In this document: in pieces, positions 54,201-64,000 of the stretch
Layout: each line of letters opens with the position of its first letter
Numbering within the stretch: the first letter of the stretch is position 1
Origin: Lingula anatina
Taxonomy: Eukaryota; Animalia; Brachiopoda
Length of the DNA stretch: 64,000 nt
Assembly (NCBI GenBank): GCA_051362555.1
Contig: CM120641.1
Location: 806,001-870,000 of the forward strand
Direction: 5' to 3'
Notes under the pieces: generated by a model
The model's database searches: none
What the model saw: only the letters and a program-made list of their open reading frames with translations
What the model was told of the DNA's origin: nothing
Program-made: the position numbers and the translations under genes

Positions 54201-55562
54201 TACACTGGAAATCCTATTCATCTCATTTCATGCACAGAAATTGGGTCAAAGAAATATCGGCGTGCTACAGTAAACAGCATACAAATGCAATGAAACGGGT
54301 TTGAAAACATTTGACACTATAGAAGAACCTCATTGATCAAACAGGTCAAATACTGTGCCATATTTACCGCTGATGGATTTTGATTGACACATTAATTGTA
54401 CCATGTTAATCAAACCAATGTGATATTTTCCTTGATTGATAATCCTTAAAAATTATAACAGGCATAAAAATTGTGTGAATAATTTGAAATGACTAAAGTC
54501 TTTCAACTATTTTTCGGGAAACCAGTTATTTTACCACAAACCCCTATGTCATTTGAACCATGGCAAAATACAGTAGTAAATAAATTAAATTCCAACTTAA
54601 TATTTTCACTACAGTAATTGTATCAAAATTGATCCATATAGACTACTGGTATTGTTGCAAGAAATGTTTCAAAATCTTTATGAAACTTTTAAGCCTTATA
54701 ATTTTATGAACTCTTGATAATGCTTAATTGGATTATTAATCAGATTCTGGGGCAAAGACATACAACAAGTGTTTTTATTTATACAATTTATTTACATTTT
54801 TATTTATTTATTGCTGTTCTCTACAATTTGTAGACTTATAAACACAGAAATACCCAGTGTTGCCTTGTGTAAAAGAACCCCCTCCCCTTGGCACAATTTG
54901 AGTGAATGGTTACATGGTTTCAGTATATTTTCACTTTAAAAGTTGTGAGCAAGAATCATGGCTAAGTATCATTAATTTTAAAGGGTGTTATATCCCTCTG
55001 TGATACACATGCGCACTATTATAAAGACAATATTAATAACATCTATGTTCCTTTATATTATATTTTACAATGGATAATTTTGATACTTTTATCTACATTG
55101 ATACATGCCATGCTTCTTCTGATAAAAAAGAAATTAAGCTCTCCTTAAGAAATGTAAGGTGCTGACACCTAGTGGTAGTTTTTAATCAACTTTAGGACCA
55201 TTGACACATTTATTATTTTAATAAGGTTATAAAGCAGGCGGCATTAAAAAAATTATGTACAGCAAATTTATGTGTACTTCGTATTAAGGGTTATAGGAAA
55301 ATCAGTAGCATTTGTGTGGAAACTATATTTTGTTCAAATATGGATTTAGGTAAATAGAATGGCACTTTCATGTTACTTAGTGTCTGCCTTTTAATTTTGT
55401 CAATGAAAAAACTAAGAAAACAATTAAAAAGTTTTAAAAGTATGAAAAATCAGAGATCCAATCCATGAAAACAAATTATTGTTTTCTCTTTCTAGAGAAC
55501 AATGTATACATTCATTGTATACTAGGCATGCCATGTCCAATAGGTTATCAGAATGGGAGGAG

Positions 55563-55565
<3 letters not shown>

Positions 55566-55627
<62 letters not shown>
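55566..55627. repeat. (TA)n microsatellite
   Basis: Perfect dinucleotide run. Confidence 0.95.
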
Positions 55628-55630
<3 letters not shown>

Positions 55631-56439
55631 TGGACAAATGATTGCATTTGAGTGTATTTTTTATGCTGTTGAGGCAGAATGAAAAATATGTGAAGGCGAA
55701 GGTAACCAACTTGTGAAGAGTAGCAAGATTCTAGTATTCTTTATATAGTTTCTGTAGTATAGTTTTATAGCATCACTTCTCAGTTTATAGGAATTATATA
55801 AGTTTAACAGAGAGAAAGAGAGTATAGCAATCAGTGACAAACAGTCAATGGGGTGGGACAGTTAATTCTCAGTCAATCACTCTTGTTCTTTTTTCAACAA
55901 GCTAACATCTATCAATCAACTTAACTGAAAGTCTATACAAAATTTACATCCCTTGAATCTGATGTAGTGTGTAAAAATTGAGGAATTCGGATGTCTTAGT
56001 ATCATGTACTTTGAAAAATATACCAGAACATCACATCTATATTGATACAAGAAACAGCTTGGCTGTTACACTGTACATACCTTGTAACTGAGCCAGAAAT
56101 TATTTCAGACTTTGCTGTATAACTGTCATTCTTGTGTTCAGAGTTCACTTTGGTAAACGAAAAAAAAAAATAAAATTCATATTTTATATTTTAAACAGTT
56201 TTAAAAACAAGAAAGCATTCTAAATTATCCATAATACAAATGAAAAAATATGTTTAGCCTTGCTATGCACTAGAGATTAGTCTGCGATACAGCTGTGACC
56301 TGAGACTGTTACGTAAAAGTTGTAGTATGGTATCTGTCTGGTGGCAATGCTGGGACACTGGGTGGCTACGCACTTCTGAGGTTTCTGTGTACGGAATGAA
56401 CTGTTGTACTGTGAGCAGCTGTAAGCCAAACATATCACA

Positions 56440-56667
56440 GACTCGGTTCCCATACCTAGATCGATCTAACAAGATCGGTCCATCTCCACAGGGTTTCTCG
56501 TTAATTTGCTTTCAAGATGTCTGGCACGCCTACTTAAGTTGCTAAACGATAGTTAATTACCCCCTATCAGCTTCAGTAGGCATGACAGACATTTAAGCCA
56601 CTTCAGTTAATTGCAATTAAGAGAGAATCCCCTTGGAGATAGTTCGATAGTCTTTGGGAATGGTCTC
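56440..56667 (+). mobile_element. Diverged relative of MITE family A
   Basis: Shares TAGATCGATCTA and the core ATAGTTAATTACCCCCT..CAGCTT..AGTAGGCA.GACAGAC..TTAAGCC with 1062-1287; termini TTCCCA/TGGGAA. Confidence 0.7.
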
Positions 56668-57736
56668 TTAGTCTTTGCCAGGGGGTAAGACAGTACATCT
56701 AATATCAACTTTTATATTTTACAGGAGTTATTCAAAGGAAGATTACAAATACAACTATTAAAGATGCATATGAAGAGTCTTTATGTGAAATCGTCGTCAA
56801 ATGCCACAATACTGTTGCAAATAGTGTAACCTACAGAATCATCCCAGTTTTTAAATATTATTTCCCATAAAATAATATTTGCAGATATTTTTGTTTACTT
56901 TCTCTACGATATGGACCAAAGGGAAAATACTAGTAACTAGTCAAATTTAGCACCAAAATTCTGCAAGTACAATTTTGAATCCTTTTTGCTCTGTTGCAAG
57001 ACATTAATATCTGTTCATTAAAAAAAATTTTTAAATCTTTTTGACATATGGATATTATTGGTTTTGTGTAAGAAACTGACACATATTTTTAAGTAAAGCG
57101 CATTTACTTCATATGTTTCCTTAAAAACCTTTAACCCTGAATTTTTTTTTAACCATAAAACCTCCCAAGTTATGAAGCCTTACAAAAATGGAATTTATAT
57201 AATGTGCTTTTTAAAATACAATATCATTTTTCAATCTATAAACAACACTTTGGCATTAAAATGAGATTAATAACATGCACTTGTTTGTTAGTACACTTGT
57301 GCTACTTCAGTTTGTCTATGCTGTCTTAATAAAATAAAATATATAAGGAACAAATAAGAGTAACAATACTAACACATAATTACTATTAAACAATGCTGTT
57401 CAGGCTAACCAGGTGTCTTTGCTGTGAGTATTGGATTACATAACCTTTGCGGATTGTTCTATTTTATTGTTTCAATAATTATGTTCAGTGTTCAGACATA
57501 CTAGTACTCCTTTTTTATTAAATTAAAATCCCTCTGGGTGAGAAACCAATCCTATCTTACACTTGTTCAAAAACGAGCCCAATATCTCTTTCTATTTTCA
57601 GATTTGTCATTCCTAATGCATGCCATGTTGTTTGTATGGATTATAATCCTCCTCTGGGGTGAAAACCTGGATTAAAGTCCCCCAGACAATGTGTAACAGC
57701 ATCCTTCCACTCCATCACTGCTTCAGACTACATGTA

Positions 57737-59061
57737 TCACGCTTGTTTGTCTGGATTGTCTAATAAATCTGAGTGAATACCAATTTTTTCAAGCTCTTCA
57801 ATCAGCTCTCCATTTTTATGCATTTCAATCATGATATCCGTGCCTCCTATGAATTCCCCATTGATGTAAACTTGTGGGATGGTGGGCCAATTACTGTAGT
57901 CTTTGATGCCTAGAAAAGTAACAGAAACTTGACTATAATCAATGACATTTTCTGCAACTTTCAGCTCTCAATTTAAAAGTATAGTTAGGCCTATCAAGAG
58001 GAAAATGTGGAAATATACTACTAGTTAAGTATACAGATCATTGAAACTTTCTTTTTTGTATTACAAAATACTTAAACTTGATTATCATATCAATCAAAAA
58101 TAAAGCTTTGCTCAAAGTAAATTAACATAACTGGTAAATTACTGTTATTATTATAATACTTTTGCAGTATTTTTTATAACTTATCCCTTCCAAAATAGGT
58201 ATATCTGATGAATAACAAAAATGGCTAGCAAATTTTGAGTTTGTTTAGCAATTTTAATAAAGTTATTGGGGTAGTAAAAACCAGGTGGCATGAGAATGCA
58301 TTTAATATGTTAAGCCTGCAATATATGGAATTATTCAAACAGTCACTTCCATACTGAAATTGACGTTAAAATCTCAGTAGTATCTATTCGGATTCTTAAA
58401 ATTAATCGTACTAGGTACCTCTTAAATTCGTTAAGAACTTCAATTATTCCTGTTGGCGTTTGAAAATAATTTTTGAGGCTTCATTTTGTTTGGCAGTTAT
58501 GTTATTTTCTCTCCCTTTTTCATGATATAATGAGATAAATAAAGTTTCTACTGGGGAGACAGAAAGGAAACCTACTATGGAATAGTCAAAATAATAATAA
58601 TAAAAATAATAATTTATCCATCTGTTTTTCGACACAAGTCACCATTTCAATTTCCAGCTATCATTTCATATGCCATGTCACCCACCCACCCCATTTTTGA
58701 AAGAGGTCTTTCAAATAGTTATCAGACTCGAGTCCCAGAAATAAAAAAAATCTAAGGTTAAACAGTCTGCATAACACACAGGTTGCGTTCACTGACCTTG
58801 TCTGACATTTTCATCCTGTAAAACGTTATATGAATCAAATTCGTTCACGCCATGGAATCTTAAAATCTGAACAACCGCATTGCTGAACCCGCACTGTGGA
58901 GCGTCAGGGGTGCCCTTCATAAATACTACCAGTTTTTTGTCTTTTATAAGACTTTCGATGTGTTCTTTGCTCCCTGGCTGAGTAGCAAATGTAGCCCTTA
59001 TGAATTTGAGTGCACCAGTGGGACGTGTTGACGACAGAAATAATCTTGTTACCGCCGACAT
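57737..59061 (-). CDS. GLRX5: Monothiol glutaredoxin 5 (mitochondrial Fe-S assembly), 145 aa, 2 exons
   Basis: Exons 59061-58797 and 57909-57737. Arg/Ser-rich N-terminal presequence-like leader, [23 protein letters not shown] (CGFS site), [30 protein letters not shown] at 57739-57737. Confidence 0.96.
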
Positions 59062-59414
59062 CGTGCATGAAATTTTTATGAAAGTGTACAATGTCAAGGT
59101 CACAAGACAGACTAATTCAGCTGTTTAAAAATATAATCATAAAATAACTTTAGGCCAAAGGAAAGCATCCACGAAATCAACCTATTAAAAACAACACTAT
59201 GTGAATATCACACTGAACCAATTTCACAATAAAAGACCACAGAATAAACCATTTTGGGTCCAAAATCTGAGGCCCTTCGTGTTGAGAAGGGAGTGTGTGC
59301 GCATGTCACTCCAGCGTGGACATTTCGTCTGCATTGACTTCCTGCAGTGGGAATACCTTGATGGCGTTTTGAATTCGTCGTCTCTGATGTAGTGCATTGC
59401 GACAAGATATCAGG
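59062..59414. promoter_or_regulatory. Bidirectional promoter region between GLRX5 and the ankyrin gene
   Basis: Divergent ATGs only 353 bp apart; locally CpG-richer; NRF1-like TGCGCATG 59298-59305 and ETS-like ACTTCCTG 59337-59344. Confidence 0.6.
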
Positions 59415-62400
59415 ATGTTGGAAGGGGCATTGATAGCCGAAGCGGAGAACTCTTTAAAAGATGCTATTATAGCACAACGCACTGACATTGTACGAACAGT
59501 ACTGTCGGCGTGTGATTCAGGTTTGTCGTTTGAATATTTCCTCCAAAGATCTTCTGTAAGTTCATAGAAAAATAATGACAGCAGAAAAAATATCTGTTAA
59601 TATTGATATTTTAATCATGCAGAAAACCGCCCATGTCAAATTTTCCTTGAGTTTGTCCTTTCATTCTTAATAATTAACGTTATTATTCTGTGGTGTCTTT
59701 TATTTGACTGAATAGTGTAAATAAACAGTAAGACCCCATTCAGATAGGCACACAGTTGGATCGGCCCAGATCTGTGATAGATAACTGCTAAGTGCAATCA
59801 GTGAAATGACCTCAAATGTCAGACACACTTCCTCAACCAGCTAGAGGTAATTCGCGTGCACTTGGCTAATCACCTCTCAGCTGCTCAAGGGGGTGTGCCA
59901 TTTAGTTAACCTGATTGTACTAGTACTTAGCAAGAGCCACAACAGATTTGAACCTTCCCATTTAGTATGATGCTTTTATCTGAATGCTCTCTAATTCACT
60001 TTTACAAAGAGTAGTTGTATTTAATTTATAACTGCTGGCCCTTCAGCTGCCTACATGTATGTCAATACAATTTACAATTAGAGCTTTTGATTGACAGGTG
60101 ACACTCCAGATGAACTTACTTGTGACAGACTGTTGAACTCGATTTCTTGTGAAGAAGGCACAGTGCTCCACATGGCTACAAAGGTGATATGTTTTTAATG
60201 TATTTTGAAAATTTCTAAAAGTCTATGTGGAAATTAAATTTGATACATATATATTGATTATTCAAAAGGTGTTATACAGTAAGTAACATTTATTTTAAGC
60301 AAATGGCAGTTTCACTTAAATGTAACAAATTTTTACATAATATGTAAATGTTCACTGTATAATTTTTCTTTTTACAGCTGGGTGATCCAGATATAGTGAG
60401 GACTTTATTATCATCTGGAGCAGACCCTTCTATCCGCAATAGCAGTGACCAGACTCCACTTGATCTGGCCAAGGACAACCTTCAGATCTTGACTGTGTAC
60501 ACATCTGAACTCTTCCAAAGTATAGCACAATCCAAGTATGTGAGAAATATTACATTTTAGTAAGGCCTTTACTTAGTTGTAATTTGCAGCTTTTATATTG
60601 AATATTATCTATCCTAGGAATCCTGTGTGCATAAGAAAATTTACAGCATTAGTTTATATGCTGGTTATTTGCACATACACATAAAAATGCACACAAGTTT
60701 GAGTTTGTGGGTGTTGACACACATACACATACATTGATACAAGCATGCATACACACACACACATTACTGTCATGCAAGTTTTATTTATGATTTGCAGATT
60801 GACTGCCATTTGTGAAATTTATAAGAAACTTTTAAAATGAGTTCAGTGCAATTTTCTTTCAGCTGTGATAAAGTCCAAAAGTTCCTTAACATGGGATTCA
60901 ATATGAACACTGTTGATAGTGAAGAAACCAAATCCTCTCCCCTCCACTGGGCAGCTAGCTATGGAAATGAAGACATGGTGCAGTTACTTTTGGGTAATAC
61001 TCCATTTTAAGTGATGCCCTGAAATTTGACAAATACATTGCTCCTGAATTTTAAGATTGACCTCGAAAATTAAAAATACTGTCTTATAAAATATTACAAT
61101 GGTAATATCAACGTGAACTTACAGTTATATGCTTAAATGTTTATATAATATTAGATTAAACAAACAGTGCACAGTCTGCCAGGGACTATGAAAAATACTG
61201 GTAGTGCCTAGTGAGAGGAAACAGGTCTCCAACACCAAAGATACAGTGATAAAAATATAGTGTGTATATAGACTCTAGAACTGGAATTAAGATTTATATA
61301 TTTATCATAATATGCTATGTATTTATCATGTATTTAGGCCAAGCATCCTCAGTCAATATGACCAATGCAGATGGTATGACACCTCTCCATGACGCAGTGC
61401 TGAGGGGAAACCCACGCATTGTGTCTTTACTTCTTCAACATGGTGCAAGCACAGAGATGAAACCGATTAAAGGGTAAACAGAATTCTTTAAGGGGTACAT
61501 GTATTATATGAAAAAAAAAGCTTTTGGTGATTTTATGTTGATCTATATATATGTATGTACGTTATAAAGAAGATGCTTGCATTTCAATAGAAATGTTTTT
61601 ATCTGAATTTGATAATAATAAAAATTGAATTTAGGCCAGTAAAAATACTACGTAGTAAACAATCATAATCATAATAATTATTCTTATTATCTAAATGTGC
61701 TATTTTTTATATTTTCAGAAAGTACAAGGACAAATCCATATCAGATATGGCGGAGGGGAAGACAGACGTGGAGATGGTGCTGCTCTCTGGTGAAAATGAA
61801 ACTGAACAAAAACCACAACTAGTGACTGTACCAGAAGAAAATGGTAATGAATGTTAAATTAAATGTGTTTTTATATGTTTCTTTTATAAAGTGTTGTTTC
61901 TAAAAGTATATAAAAGAAAATAATGATTAGAAATGAAGTGCTGGTAAATTGAAGATGTCATTTATACCCTGTACATGAAATAATGATGACTTTACTTTTA
62001 AAATAAAATTGTTAACCATGAAACAATCAATAACTATTTCAATTTTGATTATAAACAGTTTAATGAAGGTGTAGGATTTTCAGAAATATGATATTTAAGG
62101 TAGAAATAATAAATCATTTTTATCAGATCAGTGTGGTGTTTCTGTTAAGTTATAGTTTTTGAAATGTTACATGTACTTCTGAAATATTGACAAAGAATTA
62201 AATATGTCAATGTTTGTTGTTTGTAGGTCATACAAGGAGAGACAGTGAGTCCAGTCTGGCTAGTAAAGAACCACAGAGTCCACTCAGTAAAGGACCAGTA
62301 CTAAATATGTCAATGTTTGTTGTTTGTAGGTCATACAAGGAGAGACAGTGAGTCCAGTCTGGCTAGTAAAGAACCCCAGAGTCCACTCAGTAAAGGACCA

Positions 62401-63552
62401 GTACTAAATATGTCAATGTTTGTTGTTTGTAGGTCATACAAGGAGAGACAGTGAGTCCAGTCTGGCTAGTAAAGAACCACAGAGTCCACTCAGTAAAGGA
62501 CCAGTACTAAATGGACCTTTAACCCCTGGGCTGGTCAAACAAGGGGGACTGGATCATCCACAGCAGGTGAGCTAACACAGGGTATTTATATACACGTGAT
62601 CATTAAAAAGTACATGAACAAAGGCCATGATTGCCTTTTCTGTAAATTTTAATTATATTTAAAAAGTTGTTCCTATTGTAATGACAGCATTCTGTGAATT
62701 GTAAGTCTGACTTAAGAGATAATTTCTCACACTTTCTCAGAATGCAGGTGTGCATATTTAAAGGAAAGTTTATTACCTATGCTGATAAAGCACTTATTTC
62801 CACCAGAAAGAAATAGAAGTTGATCTTTGGCAGTTATCTGAACAGAAATGTAGTCTTGGAGCTTGACCAGAATGTGCATTTATTTTTTCCATAGTCTGAC
62901 ATTTCAAAGGTAAATCATTATGATTTTGTGCTTTGTGTCTGTACATTTTAATGTCTTGTTATATCCCATTGCTCACATAGTCATTCTGTGATTTTAGCGT
63001 AAATCATAACATTCTGCTTTGCGTCTGTACATTTAACAGCTTTGCTGTGTTGTTTCTCCTATTCCCTACATAGTCAGTGTGTGATTTCAGGGTTTGCATC
63101 TGTACATTTGACAGCTTTGCTGCTTTGTTTTTGTTTATTGCTCACATAGTCAGTGAGTGATTTCAGGGTTTGTGTGCACATTTGACAGCTTTTCTGCCTT
63201 GTTTTTCCTATTCCCTACATAGTCAGTGAGTGATTTCAGGGTTTGCGTGTGTACATTTGACAGCTTTCCTGTCATGTTTTTATCTATTGCCTACATAGTG
63301 GGTGATTTCAGGGTTTGCGTGTGTACATTTGACAGCTTTGCTGCCTTATTTTTCCTATTGTTCACAAAGTCATTCTGTGATTTCAGGGTAAGACGATAGC
63401 CACCAAGCTGTCCAGCCCTCCCCAGCCTCTAGACACTGACAGCAGACTTCACTACCTGTGGCCACGCCCGCAGAAACTTCTCCCCACAGATGGAGATCCC
63501 TTCAGTGTGCCAGAAACATTGCATGTGTTCTTAACAGCACAATCAGGGACAG
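59415..63552 (+). CDS. Ankyrin-repeat protein, 3'-partial (8 exons, about 347 aa visible), possibly continuing into a GH20 hexosaminidase-like domain
   Basis: Exons 59415-59520, 60098-60183, 60378-60535, 60863-60993, 61338-61473, 61719-61843, 62433-62566, 63387-63552, phases consistent. Ankyrin motifs GTVLHMATKLGDPDIVRTLLSSGAD, SPLHWAASYGNEDMVQLLL, GMTPLHDAVLRGNPRIVSLLLQHGA. The last exon contains YLWPRPQKL. Confidence 0.85.
59732..59991. mobile_element. Degenerate Harbinger-type MITE in intron 1 of the ankyrin gene
   Basis: TAA flanks; termini GACCCCATTCAGATA / TATCTGAATGCTCTC; residual internal symmetry (TGCTAAGT/ACTTAGCA, CAATCAG/CTGATTG). Confidence 0.5.
62199..62512 (+). repeat. Tandem triplication, 3 x 103 bp, spanning a 3' splice acceptor of the ankyrin gene
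   Basis: Copies start at 62199, 62302 and 62405; each has TGTTTGTTGTTTGTAG|GTCATACAAGG. One substitution (cca/ccc) in copy 2. Confidence 0.97.
62890..63390 (+). repeat. Degenerate minisatellite, about 7 x 72-93 bp, ending at the acceptor of exon 63387
   Basis: Recurring TGTACATTTGACAGCTTT...CATAGTCA.TG.GTGATTTCAG|GGT; AG ends at 63090, 63166, 63239, 63311 and 63386 (variant at 62997). Confidence 0.85.
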
Positions 63553-64000
63553 GTGGGTTATTTTTACATTGGTTAGTTTTCTTCTCTGTCTTATTTTCTT
63601 CTCAGGTACAAAGGATGGTTGGTTAGTTCAAGCATGCTAATATAAAGCTAAGTATTTGAAATATTTATGATGATTATGTAGCATTATGCAATAAAAAAAA
63701 AGATTTGTTAAATATTTTGATTATACTGGTGAATTACAAACCAAGTGCTCTCATTCCCACTTGCAGATCAGCTAAATATTTATATTTCAATATCTTGTTA
63801 TTTTTATTTTATTTATTGATTTTTTTTGGGGATAATGCCCTGCATATTGGAGATGTACTCAGCATTTATTCTTCTATAGTCTGCTTAACTGAAGATAATA
63901 ATTTCAAGTTACCAGTGCAAACACTCGCTGCCTTTCCCTAACATATCACAGTATATTGTAGCTTTAGTATCTGACATGTTGGAAGTGTGGCAGGGCAGAC

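Noticed and set aside
58789-59103. ORF-track start of GLRX5 at 59103 and stop at 58789
   Set aside because: 59103 is a GTG; the first in-frame ATG is 59061, and the frame splices out at 58797.

Overview
AT-rich, intron-rich animal genomic DNA (an invertebrate bilaterian, probably a lophotrochozoan; taxonomy is inferred). Four protein-coding genes were rebuilt exon by exon with GT-AG junctions and consistent phases. (1) The 3' part (24 exons) of an ALK/LTK receptor tyrosine kinase on + (2357-15631; LDLa-MAM-glycine-rich-EGF-TM-kinase-tail). (2) A complete SPRED gene on - (53591-24446, 5 exons, 440 aa), tail-to-tail with ALK. (3) A complete monothiol glutaredoxin GLRX5 on - (59061-57737, 2 exons). 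(4) Head-to-head with GLRX5, the 5' part of an ankyrin-repeat gene on + (59415-63552, continuing past the window), whose last visible exon resembles the start of a GH20 hexosaminidase-type domain. Introns and intergenic DNA carry many non-autonomous DNA transposons: PIF/Harbinger-type MITEs with TAA/TTA TSDs, CAG-ended MITEs with 5-bp TSDs, and a Helentron/HINE-like element with an internal 1-kb duplication. The most unusual signal is repeated tandem amplification of exon-intron junctions. A 21 x 48-bp array gives the ALK MAM exon 21 identical in-frame 5' splice donors, with only synonymous variants. A 3 x 103-bp array triplicates an acceptor of the ankyrin gene and creates candidate 18-nt in-frame microexons. 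Two older, more decayed arrays sit at other acceptors. Most ORFs in the supplied track are spurious. No tRNA, rRNA or CRISPR array was seen.
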